DNA of 64,000 bases from Planctomycetota bacterium (GTDB lineage: Bacteria; Planctomycetota; UBA1135; UBA2386). The DNA lies in the NCBI GenBank assembly GCA_947501605.1, contig CANMWZ010000001.1, positions 128,001 to 192,000 on the forward strand. The letters are read 5' to 3'. How positions within the stretch are numbered: position 1 is the stretch's first letter; each line of letters begins with the position of its first letter. Position numbers and translations under genes: made by a program. Positions 37,836 through 46,949 of this stretch are shown piece after piece. The notes below the pieces were generated by a model that worked only from the letters and a program-made list of their open reading frames with translations, was not told the origin of the DNA and made no database searches.

Positions 37836-40355
37836 TCAGTCCTCGGAACTCCGCGGCGCGCGCGACGCCCGAGCCGGTGCGGGGGCCAGCGCCTTCTGCG
37901 GCCGGATCGCCGGCGTCGCTGGGACTTTCTTCGCGGCCCCGAACACGATCGGGAAGACGTCGTCGAAGGTGCTCGCGTAGTGGAACGTGAGTCCGGCGAC
38001 GAGGTCCGACTTGAGTTCGAGCACCTCGGCCTCGTTGCCCTTGGGCAGCAACACGCGCTTCAGGCCGAAATTCTTCGCGGCCAGCACCTTCTCGCGGACA
38101 CCGCCGATCGGCAGCACTTCACCGACCACCGTGAGTTCGCCAGTCATCGCCAGATCCATGGCAGCCACGCGCCCGGTCACAAACCCGAGGAGCCCACACG
38201 CGATGGTGATTCCCGCCGACGGACCATCCTTCGGGATCGCACCGGCCGGGAAGTGCAGATGCAGGTCGGTCTCGCAGAGCTTTGGCAGATCCACGCCAAA
38301 TGCCTCGGCATGACTCTTCAGGTAGCTGAGCGCAAGGCGCGCAGACTCCGACATCACGTCGCCGAGACTGCCGGTGATCTGCAACCCGCCCTTACCCTTG
38401 CTGCCGGTGACTTCGACATAGAGCACGTCACCGCCGACGGGAGTCCAGGCGAGACCCTGGACGACGCCCGGAATGCGCTGGCGGCGCCGTTCATCGGGCT
38501 TGTACTTCGGTCGTCCGAGGAACGTCTCCATCTCTTGCTTGGTGAGGCGCGCCGGACCACTGCCACCCTTGGCGACGGCGAGTGCAGTCTTGCGGCATAG
38601 TCGCTGGATCACGCGATCGAGCCCGCGCACACCAGCTTCGCGCGTGTGCTGCGCAATCATGCGCTTCATCACCTCAGGCGGGATGGAGAGGTGCTTCTTC
38701 AGCAAGCCGTGGCGCTCGAGTTGCTTTGGCAGCAAGTGGCGCAAGCCGATCTGCACCTTCTCCTCCAGGAGATAGCCCGGGATCTCGAGCACTTCCATGC
38801 GATCGCGCAGCGGTTCCGGGATCTGCGACAGCACGTTCGCAGTGGCCAAGAACATGACCTTCGACAAGTCGAACGACACATCGAGGTAGTGGTCGGAAAA
38901 GCCGTGGTTCTGCTCGGGGTCGAGGACTTCGAGCAACGCGGAACTAGGGTCGCCGCGGAAGTCACTGCCGAGCTTGTCGACTTCGTCGAGCAGCAACACC
39001 GGGTTGTTGGAGCCGCACGCCTTGAGTCCTTGCAGGATTCGGCCTGGCATCGCGCCGACGTACGTGCGGCGGTGTCCCCTGATCTCGGCCTCGTCACGCA
39101 TCCCACCCAGAGAGAAGCGCCAGAACTTGCGTCCCATCGCCCGTGCGATGCTGCGGCCGAGGCTGGTCTTGCCGACGCCGGGAGGCCCCGAGAGGCACAG
39201 AATCGAGCCCTGGTGCCCTGGCTTCAGCTTGCGAACGGCGAGGAACTCGAGGATGCGGTCTTTGACCTCGTCGAGACCATAGTGGTCGTCGGTCAGCACC
39301 TGTGCGGCACGGCCGAGATCGGAATCATCGACCGTGCTCTTCGACCAGGGCAGGGTGGCGATCCAGTCGAGGTAGTTGCGGATCACTCCGTACTCGGCGG
39401 ATTCCATCGGCGTGGTCTTCAGCCGCAGCAATTCGTCGTCGGCACGTTTTTGCGCCAGCTCCGGCAGCTTGGCGGCCGCAATCGCGTCCTCGATGCGTTG
39501 CAGCTCACTACTGCGCGGGTCCTTCTCATCGCCCAGTTCGCGCCGGATCAGCTTGAGCTGCTCGCGCAGGAAGTAGTCCTTCTGCGCCTTCTCGGCCTTG
39601 CTCCGAATCTCTCCCTGCAGCTTGCGGTCGAGTTCGGCGAGATCCACCTCGGACATCACCAGTTCGAGCACGAGCTGCAATCGTTGCTCGACATCAGCGG
39701 TCGCCAGTACTCGTTGCCGGTCTTCGACACGACGCACGACACCGCCGGCAAAGTCGGCGAGCTGCGCTGGCTCCTCGACATTCAGCAGGGTCGCCGTGAA
39801 GCCCGGGTCCATCTGCTCCTGCATGTCCGCGAGCTTGCGGAGATTCTGTTGGAGCAGACGGACGAGGGACTCGGCTTTCGGCCCCTGGGCCGGGATCTCG
39901 ACGATCTCCTTCACGCGGACGACGAGGTGCGGCTTCTGACGAACGACCTTTTGCCGACGCGCGCGACGCAGCCCCTGCGTCATCGCCGACATGCTGCCGT
40001 CGGGCAACCGGAGCGTCTTGAGGATGCGCGCCACGACGCCTTCTTCGTGGAGATCGTCGATACCGGGCGACTCCTGGTCCCCGTTCTTCTGCAGCACCAC
40101 GAACAAGTGGCCGTTGTGCGCCTCGGCCTTGGCGACGATGTCGCGAGTCTGCTCGGAGTCGAGCAGCAGCGGCATCATCAACGCCGGGAAGGGCACGGCG
40201 CGGCGCAGGGGGAACGCGAAAAGCGTGTCCGGCACCTGCTGCTGCACCACGACCTTTCCTTGGTCCGGTGGCGGAGTTTCTACGACGATGCTCGGGCCGC
40301 CGGTATCGGCGTCAGGAGCCTTGAGCGGATCCTCTGGATCTGCGTCCTTGCGCAT
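37836..40355 (-). CDS. lon: Lon protease
   Basis: LON N-domain; GPPGVGKTS; RRTYVGAMPG; LLDEVDK; KDGPSAG catalytic Ser; PIGGVREK; start at 40355 or 40391. Confidence 0.97.
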   Translation of the reverse strand: MRKDADPEDPLKAPDADTGGPSIVVETPPPDQGKVVVQQQVPDTLFAFPLRRAVPFPALMMPLLLDSEQTRDIVAKAEAHNGHLFVVLQKNGDQESPGIDDLHEEGVVARILKTLRLPDGSMSAMTQGLRRARRQKVVRQKPHLVVRVKEIVEIPAQGPKAESLVRLLQQNLRKLADMQEQMDPGFTATLLNVEEPAQLADFAGGVVRRVEDRQRVLATADVEQRLQLVLELVMSEVDLAELDRKLQGEIRSKAEKAQKDYFLREQLKLIRRELGDEKDPRSSELQRIEDAIAAAKLPELAQKRADDELLRLKTTPMESAEYGVIRNYLDWIATLPWSKSTVDDSDLGRAAQVLTDDHYGLDEVKDRILEFLAVRKLKPGHQGSILCLSGPPGVGKTSLGRSIARAMGRKFWRFSLGGMRDEAEIRGHRRTYVGAMPGRILQGLKACGSNNPVLLLDEVDKLGSDFRGDPSSALLEVLDPEQNHGFSDHYLDVSFDLSKVMFLATANVLSQIPEPLRDRMEVLEIPGYLLEEKVQIGLRHLLPKQLERHGLLKKHLSIPPEVMKRMIAQHTREAGVRGLDRVIQRLCRKTALAVAKGGSGPARLTKQEMETFLGRPKYKPDERRRQRIPGVVQGLAWTPVGGDVLYVEVTGSKGKGGLQITGSLGDVMSESARLALSYLKSHAEAFGVDLPKLCETDLHLHFPAGAIPKDGPSAGITIACGLLGFVTGRVAAMDLAMTGELTVVGEVLPIGGVREKVLAAKNFGLKRVLLPKGNEAEVLELKSDLVAGLTFHYASTFDDVFPIVFGAAKKVPATPAIRPQKALAPAPARASRAPRSSED

Positions 40356-40424
40356 GCGACGGTTAGTAAACCACGACGCAAGGCTACGCACGCGTCTCCG
40401 TCCACGAGGATCGTGGAACGGCCT

Positions 40425-40481
40425 GAGAAAAGACGTAGGGGACGACGCCGCGCCTGCCCGACAACGACGTCATCCCCTACG
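40425..40481 (-). terminator. intrinsic terminator-like hairpin
   Basis: Minus strand CGUAGGGGAUGACGUCG / CGGCGUCGUCCCCUACG (17 bp with two G-U pairs), followed by UCUUUUCUC. Confidence 0.55.
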
Positions 40482-40654
40482 GAAAGAAGGTGCGGGTGCG
40501 AGGCCCCGCGCAACACACGCGGGTTGTTTCTGCAGCCAGTTCCTGCCTGCCCCAATGTCTGAGGGAACGGCTGCAGTATTCGGTGCCACGCACCCGTGCA
40601 GCGAACGCCACCTTGCGGTTGCGGCCGTTGCAAGTTCGGTTGAGAGAGAGCAAC

Positions 40655-42376
40655 TCAGCGAGTGCTGAGGAGGTGCAGGCGGACCACGGCAGCGCGACCG
40701 TCGGCAGCAGCCTCGACATCGACGAATCCCGTGTGCAGCGCCGGCACGTCGAACGCAGCGCTGCCACGCAACGCCGAGCCGCGGCCCACAGTGCCGCCGT
40801 CGCCAACTGGGCCGCCGTCGCCAACTGGGCCGCCATCAGCAGCTGGCGTGCGCAAGCGCGACAACCAGCTGTGGAGATCAAGATGGACGATCCCGCCGTG
40901 GCGGTCGCCGCGATCGGGGGTCAGCGCCCGCACTGCGCGCTGCACCGCCACCTCGAGCTGCCCTCGCGAGCGGGTCCGGTCGCGGCGCGCAGTCGACAAC
41001 GCCGTGATTGCGGCACTGTTCTGAGCAAAAACAAGCCAGTCGTCGACCGCGCCGACGTGGAGGTGGTCGAAGCCGTCGAGTCCCCTGAGTTCGACTGCTT
41101 CGCCCTCCCGCTCTAACGGCTTGCGATCCTCGGAGTGTACGGCGCGGGCAAACTCGGCGACGATGTCGCTCGCGGCCTTTCGGCTCTCTGCCTGCAGCGC
41201 AAATGCCGGGGCCAGCTCGAACTCCAGCGCCGGCAGCAAGAGCATCTGCATCGAGCCGCGGTGACCGAGGCGATGGACCAGTCGCTCGAAGTCGAGTCCG
41301 TGCTGCCGGCAGCCGCCGTGAATGCGATGGCCGAAGCCGGGCTCGTGGTGATGCCCCTGCGGCAGATCGCGCGGCGACTCGGAGCCAGAGGCAGGCTCAA
41401 GCACGGCGAGCAGACGCTCAGGCGCAACCGAAAAGACAAAGCCACCGAGGCCGCCGACGGGCACTTCGTCGAGCATTTGCCGAATCGGCGCAGCGGCGAG
41501 CAGCGACAGCCAGCCATCGACGGCCGACTTGTCTGGCATCGAGAGGACGATCTGCGAACGGAACGACAGTTCTGCTGGCTCGACCCCGCGTCGCTCTCCG
41601 CGGTGCGGCATCACGGCGATCGCAAGGGCATCCGCACCCCCGAGTCCGGACCACTGGAGCAAGGTCCCGGGGATCCCCGGCAGAGCGGACAACCGAGGCC
41701 CACAGCGAAGCCAGTCGGCGTAGACAACCAGTGCTCCGACACCGGGCCGCAAATCCTCCATGAGCCGGCGAAAGCGCTCGTCCTCGGCAAGACTGCGGCG
41801 ACTCGCCGAAGTGCTCAGGTCAAGGGCCTCTTCGAGTCCTCGAGCATTGTTGGCCACCACCAGGTCGCGATCGAGGAGGGCGATCTCGAGCGGCAACCGA
41901 GCCGCAGCACCATCCCCAGCCACCAACATGTGCGTCTGGCGGCCATGGACCACTCGCTCCGGACGAGCGATTCGAGGGTCGCTGAGCACCTCGCGCAGCT
42001 TTGCAACATCGCCTTCGGCGAGCTGCGTGCGCAGGACCACGAGGGGAGTTCCAGCACTGTCAGCATCGAGGCCCGAAGGCATGACTCCGAGCACCGCCAG
42101 CTCAACCTCACCGCGAGCGCGGGTCAGCAGGCCGCGCACGAACGCAAAGGAACTGCTCGTGTCCGTCGAGCCCAGCGCGGGCGACATCAATAGCGCCAGC
42201 AGCGGGTTCGGGGCCGCCGCGTCTCCGGTCACACTGGCGTCGATCGCGACGTAGGCCATCGGCGCCGAGAGCGAGTTACGCAGCCTCACATCGGAGAGGG
42301 CGCTCGTCGGTGACTGACCCCGGGCTGGAACGCACAGGGCGGTCAGCAGGGCGACGAGAACACAGCGAGCCGGCAT
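40655..42376 (-). CDS. secreted hypothetical protein
   Basis: Signal peptide MPARCVLVALLTALCVPARG; long, protein-like ORF; no family recognised. Confidence 0.75.
   Translation of the reverse strand: MPARCVLVALLTALCVPARGQSPTSALSDVRLRNSLSAPMAYVAIDASVTGDAAAPNPLLALLMSPALGSTDTSSSFAFVRGLLTRARGEVELAVLGVMPSGLDADSAGTPLVVLRTQLAEGDVAKLREVLSDPRIARPERVVHGRQTHMLVAGDGAAARLPLEIALLDRDLVVANNARGLEEALDLSTSASRRSLAEDERFRRLMEDLRPGVGALVVYADWLRCGPRLSALPGIPGTLLQWSGLGGADALAIAVMPHRGERRGVEPAELSFRSQIVLSMPDKSAVDGWLSLLAAAPIRQMLDEVPVGGLGGFVFSVAPERLLAVLEPASGSESPRDLPQGHHHEPGFGHRIHGGCRQHGLDFERLVHRLGHRGSMQMLLLPALEFELAPAFALQAESRKAASDIVAEFARAVHSEDRKPLEREGEAVELRGLDGFDHLHVGAVDDWLVFAQNSAAITALSTARRDRTRSRGQLEVAVQRAVRALTPDRGDRHGGIVHLDLHSWLSRLRTPAADGGPVGDGGPVGDGGTVGRGSALRGSAAFDVPALHTGFVDVEAAADGRAAVVRLHLLSTR
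40793..40834. repeat. 18-bp tandem repeat (DGGPVG)
   Basis: GCCGCCGTCGCCAACTGG x2 plus a partial copy. Confidence 0.75.
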
Positions 42377-42391
42377 CGTTGCCGCCGCGTT

Positions 42392-42407
42392 GGCAAGCCC
42401 CGTGCCG
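42392..42407 (-). promoter_or_regulatory. possible sigma54 -24/-12 promoter
   Basis: Minus strand CGGCACGGGGCTTGCC, with correct GG-N10-GC spacing just upstream of ATG 42376. Confidence 0.45.
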
Positions 42408-42511
42408 TCGGCGGTTGCCCCCCTTCCTCTGGGGTCCTCCCAAGCCACACGACGACGACGCGGACCCGAGGCGCGCAACTGTGCAAGAACTGCACAGTGC
42501 GCCGGGCGAAA

Positions 42512-44545
42512 TCAGGCGTGCTGCTCCGACTGCAGTGCCGCCTTGCGGCGTTGCGAGACTTCGGCCACCACGTGCGGCGGCGCCGCCTCATAGTGCGCGT
42601 GCTTCATGGCGAATGAGCCCTCTCCCGCGGTGATCGACCGCAGCAAGGTCGAGTAGTCGAGCATCGTCGACAACGGCACCTGAGCACGGATGCGCTGAAT
42701 GCCGTCCTCGACTTCCATCCCCAACAGTCGCCCGCGCATTCCCGAGAGGTTGCCCGCCACATCCCCCGTGAAGCGCTCCGGCACATGGATCTCGACGTCC
42801 ATGATCGGCTCCAGCAGGATCGGCCGAGCCCTCATGTAGCCATCGTGAAAGGCCCGCTCCCCGGCGATCTGAAAGCTCATCTGGTCGCTATCGACGTCGT
42901 GGTACTTGCCCTCGTGCAGTTCATATTGGAGGTCGACGACGGGGAAGCCGGCCAGAGCGCCCTGCGCCAAAAATCTGCGGGCGCCCTTCTCGACCTCCGG
43001 AATGAAGTGCCGCGGCACCGAGCCACCGACAACGGCGTCCACAAACACGAAACCCTGGCCCGGAGCAAGCGGTGCGAGGCGGGCTGACACCTCTGCGAAC
43101 TGCCCTCGGCCACCGGTCTGTTTCTTGTGGCGATGGTGTCCTTCGCTCGGCGCTGTGATGGTCTCGCGATACGGGATCGTCGGCGGTCCGTGCTCGACGC
43201 CGACTCGGTAACGACGCTGCATCCGCTGAAACTGAACCTCGAGGTGCAACGGGCTCATGCCATCGACCAGCAGTTCGCCGCTGTTCTTGTCGCGGCGATG
43301 ATGCAGGGTCGGATCTTCGGTGCAGAGCTTGTCGAGCGCTTGTCCGATCTTGGCTTCATCGCCGCGGCTCTTTGGCCACACGTGTCGGCTGTAGGTGGGC
43401 GCTGGAAAGACCTGACGCGGCAGCTCGAGCTGCGCGGTCTCGGCTGCGAGCGTGTCGCCGAGTTGGAGGTCGTCGAGTTTGCTGAGGCCGAACACATCCC
43501 CGGCGTTGACCTGGTTGATCTCCTTCGCCTCCTTACCATCGACATCGAGGATGTGCACGAGCTTGTGTGTCTTGCGAGTCGTCACATCAACGACCGGGTC
43601 CGCAGCGTTCAGGGTGCCGCGCAAGCAGCGCAGCCACGCAACACGACCGACGTAGGGATCGATGGCGATCTTGAACACCTGCGCCAAGAACGGACCGTCC
43701 GTGGTCGGAGCAACAAGTTCCGAGTGGACGTCTCTTCCCAGTTCGCGCGCGCCTCGGGGGCCGAACTCGACCGGCGATGGGAAGTGCTCCGCGACAAAGG
43801 TGAGGAACGTGTCGACCCCGACACCCGTCGTGGGCGCGATGGCGAACACCGGCACGAACTTGCCTCGTGCCATCGCGCGACCGAGGTTCTGCTCGAACTC
43901 ATCCGCCTCGAGGTGCCCCTGCGCCAGGTAGTGCGACAGCAGTGTGTCGTCGACCTCGGCTTCGTCCTCCTCGATCCACTCGTGGTACTTGTCGGCCCGC
44001 GGGCCATGGTGTGTCAGCACGTTGCGGATTGCCTTGAAGTCGTGCCCGGGGGCCTCTGGATAGGTCACTGGCGCGACCGCGTGGCCAAACAGCGCGCGCA
44101 ACTCGACGATCCGTTGTTCGAAGCTGGTGCCGTCCTGGTCGAGGTGCGTCACGAGGATCGCCCGGGCGAGCCCCATTTCTCCGGCGCGTTGCCACAGTCG
44201 CCGCGCATGGAAGGAGATCGGTGCCGCGGCGTTGAGCACGAGGCACGCAACCTCGACGGCCTGCAAGGACGACAACGCGTCGGCGACAAAATCTGGGTGA
44301 CCCGGCGTGTCGAGCACGTTGACGCGCACCTTGCCCACCGGAATGCGAAACAGGTGCGAGACCAACGTGTGCTTTCGCTCTCGCTCCTCCGGTTCGGCAC
44401 TGCCGCCGCCGGGCGCATCGCTGGCAGCGCCAGCCCGAGGACCAGACTTCGTGAGCCGGATCAGGGAATCGACAATCGCCGTCTTACCGCTGTGCCCGTG
44501 GCCGATCAGCGCAATGTTGCGCAAGTCTTCCGAACGATGTGCCAT
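42512..44545 (-). CDS. elongation factor G-like protein (EF-G2-type paralog)
   Basis: RNIALIGHGHSGKT, DTPGHPDF, PYRETI, HKKQTGGRGQF, GALAGFPVVD, YHDVDS, LLEPIM; start at ATG 44545. Confidence 0.92.
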   Translation of the reverse strand: MAHRSEDLRNIALIGHGHSGKTAIVDSLIRLTKSGPRAGAASDAPGGGSAEPEERERKHTLVSHLFRIPVGKVRVNVLDTPGHPDFVADALSSLQAVEVACLVLNAAAPISFHARRLWQRAGEMGLARAILVTHLDQDGTSFEQRIVELRALFGHAVAPVTYPEAPGHDFKAIRNVLTHHGPRADKYHEWIEEDEAEVDDTLLSHYLAQGHLEADEFEQNLGRAMARGKFVPVFAIAPTTGVGVDTFLTFVAEHFPSPVEFGPRGARELGRDVHSELVAPTTDGPFLAQVFKIAIDPYVGRVAWLRCLRGTLNAADPVVDVTTRKTHKLVHILDVDGKEAKEINQVNAGDVFGLSKLDDLQLGDTLAAETAQLELPRQVFPAPTYSRHVWPKSRGDEAKIGQALDKLCTEDPTLHHRRDKNSGELLVDGMSPLHLEVQFQRMQRRYRVGVEHGPPTIPYRETITAPSEGHHRHKKQTGGRGQFAEVSARLAPLAPGQGFVFVDAVVGGSVPRHFIPEVEKGARRFLAQGALAGFPVVDLQYELHEGKYHDVDSDQMSFQIAGERAFHDGYMRARPILLEPIMDVEIHVPERFTGDVAGNLSGMRGRLLGMEVEDGIQRIRAQVPLSTMLDYSTLLRSITAGEGSFAMKHAHYEAAPPHVVAEVSQRRKAALQSEQHA

Positions 44546-45111
44546 GTGCCGCTCCGTAGGGGATCGAAGGAAACCACCGACGTGGAGTCGGTGGAGGCGA
44601 TCCTCGCGGCAGTCAGTGGGCGGGCATCGTGCACACCCACGGGCCGTTCGCGTGGGTCGCGTGCAGCCGGTTGTCGCGGGCCAGCAAGCGCATAGCTCGC
44701 GGCAACATGCAGTAGGGTAACCACTCTCGAGGAGAGCACAATTGCCACCCCATTGGCCCGTTTGACGAGGCTTTCCTACCCTGAAGGGTCGGTCCTTTGG
44801 CGTAGACGGGTCCCGACAGGCCGACACGGAGCCCGCCAAAAAGACCTCGAGTCGAGCGGCGACCGAGGTGTTGGACAACCTCGGCCCCCCCACTGAGACA
44901 CCGCACCGGCCTGCCGCGAGCGCCAGCAGCATCGAAGGACCACGAGTACCGATGGCTGCGTCACAGACACTCGGCGGAATCTCCGCTTCCACGGCGACTC
45001 CGCTCCTCGCTCTTGTTGGCCGTCGCTTGGCCTCGCAGGCAAGCCACTTCTGAAACCACTCCTACGAACACGCAATCGGGGGATCGCAGCGGTGCGCGCA
45101 GGCCTCGACGA

Positions 45112-45750
45112 TCACTGCCGTGCCGGAACAATCTCGACGCGGCGGTTGCGTTCCTTCGACTTCGTGTCGCGCGGATCGAACTGACCGTAGCCGACGATGA
45201 CGATGTTGCGTTCCGACATGCCTTGCTCGATGAGGAACCGAGCGACCGCATTGGCCCGCTTGGCCGACAGCTCGCGATTGTCGAGGTAGTTCGACTTCTT
45301 GATCGGGTCGCTGTCCGTGTGACCCTCGATGTAGATCTTGCAGTCGCCGTAGTCTCGCTTCAGCACCGTGACGATCGACTTCAGCACGCGAGATGCGCTG
45401 CTCTTGAGCTTGTCGCTGCCTGAGTCAAAGGTGACCGTATCATCTACCCCAAGCGAGAGTCGGCCCTTGCGATAATCGACCGTCACGTCAGGACCGAGTT
45501 CTTCCTGCAGGCCTTTCGTGTCGTTCTCGAACCCGGCGTTCTTGGGTTCGGTGGCAGAAGGCGCCGATCGCTCGCTCGCCATCTGGCGCTCGAGGTCATC
45601 CTTCTGCGCCCGCAGGGACGCGAGGCTGCCATTGAGGTTGCGGATCTCGGCATCGCGATCGCGAAGCAGATCCTGGTAGCGGGATGTGCAGCCGCCCAAG
45701 AGGGTCAGTGCGGCCAAAGAAACGAGCATCTTGATGGAACGGAATTGCAT
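45112..45750 (-). CDS. OmpA/MotB-family peptidoglycan-binding lipoprotein with coiled coil
   Basis: LLGGC lipobox; FDSGS..L, IEGHTD, NRELSAKRA..V, NRRVEI; GGAGG RBS. Confidence 0.92.
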   Translation of the reverse strand: MQFRSIKMLVSLAALTLLGGCTSRYQDLLRDRDAEIRNLNGSLASLRAQKDDLERQMASERSAPSATEPKNAGFENDTKGLQEELGPDVTVDYRKGRLSLGVDDTVTFDSGSDKLKSSASRVLKSIVTVLKRDYGDCKIYIEGHTDSDPIKKSNYLDNRELSAKRANAVARFLIEQGMSERNIVIVGYGQFDPRDTKSKERNRRVEIVPARQ

Positions 45751-45771
45751 TGGTGCCTCCCTAACGTGGTT

Positions 45772-46746
45772 TCATCCGTTGCGTCGCCCACGACGGACGA
45801 CCAGAACTAGCGCGAGAATACTAATGAGTGCGGCCCCGCCCAGGAACGGCACGGCCATCGGCGACGATCGTTGCCATTCGGGCCAAGTGCGGAACACGAA
45901 CTCGTGGATCGGTGCCTTGTAGAACATCACCAAGAGGGCGCCGATCGCCAGGAACGGCCCGAAGGGAACGTACGAGTCCTTGGTGACAAGTCGATGCAGC
46001 AGCCCACCAATTGCGCCGGTGAAGCTGCCCAGAAAAAAGGTCCAGAGGGCCCCGTCCCAGCCCACGAAAGCGCCGATCGCGCCCATGAACTTGACGTCGC
46101 CGAACCCCATCGCTTCGCGGCCGAAGATCGGACGCGCGCCGTTTCGGATGGCAAGGCAAAGGCCGTAGCCCGCGGCCAACCCGAACACGCTCGCGAGAAT
46201 GCTGTCCAACTCGGGCGACATGGAGCCAGGAGCAATCGTGCCGGCGAAGCCAGGACACGTGAAGGCAACCAACGTGCAACCGATAGCCATGAACGGGATC
46301 GTCAACGCGTCCGGAAGGATGCGGTGATCCCAGTCGATGAATGTGCTCGCGATCAAGAACGACACGAACGCTGCATCGAACAACGTCGGCAGCAGCAGCG
46401 ACCAATCGAGAGAAACGCCGAGTTCGGTCGTCACCAGCATCGCCCCGTGCGGCGAAGCGCGAAGCAAGACAGCAAACATCACTGCGGTCAGTAGCTCTAC
46501 CAGCGGATAGCGGACCGAGATGCGTTGACGACAGCAGCGCGAGCGACCGCGGAGCATCAGCCAACCGAACACCGGGACGTTGTCGCGCCACGAGATCGAC
46601 TTCTTGCAGTGAGGGCACTTCGACCGGCCGCCGAGGGAGCGTTGACTTGGCTCCTCCTGCGGCAGTCGATAGATGACGACGTTCAAGAACGAGCCAATGC
46701 ACGCGCCGAACCCAGCGGCGGCAAGCTCGTACGCGGATACCGACAT
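45772..46746 (-). CDS. pilD: prepilin peptidase (A24)
   Basis: GSFLNVVIYRLP, RSKCPHC, GRSRCC, RYPLVE, IDWDHRILPD, MGFGDVK, PFGPFL. Confidence 0.93.
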   Translation of the reverse strand: MSVSAYELAAAGFGACIGSFLNVVIYRLPQEEPSQRSLGGRSKCPHCKKSISWRDNVPVFGWLMLRGRSRCCRQRISVRYPLVELLTAVMFAVLLRASPHGAMLVTTELGVSLDWSLLLPTLFDAAFVSFLIASTFIDWDHRILPDALTIPFMAIGCTLVAFTCPGFAGTIAPGSMSPELDSILASVFGLAAGYGLCLAIRNGARPIFGREAMGFGDVKFMGAIGAFVGWDGALWTFFLGSFTGAIGGLLHRLVTKDSYVPFGPFLAIGALLVMFYKAPIHEFVFRTWPEWQRSSPMAVPFLGGAALISILALVLVVRRGRRNG

Positions 46747-46949
46747 CGTCGAACCGACCCACGATCGCCATCGCGGCGAACACCAGCAGAAGACCCGTCG
46801 CCGCGAACTGCGAATCGTTCTGGCACTGACCGGTGCCGAACTGCGACTGGGACGCGACAGCTTACGAACGACTCGCAACCTGTCCAGATGCAAGGAAAGG
46901 CCGCGGATGGGCAGCTAGTGCAGAGTTCTCCACAGCTGACGCTTTCGCG

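Noticed and set aside
44756..44810. Hammerhead ribozyme or c-di-GMP riboswitch
   Set aside because: TTGACGA resembles CUGANGA but the GAAA core is missing; no GGCAAA/GCAAA consensus
45821..46840. Pilin-like small ORF upstream of prepilin peptidase
   Set aside because: The hydrophobic stretch lacks the G|FxxxE class III motif and runs into an alternate frame of pilD
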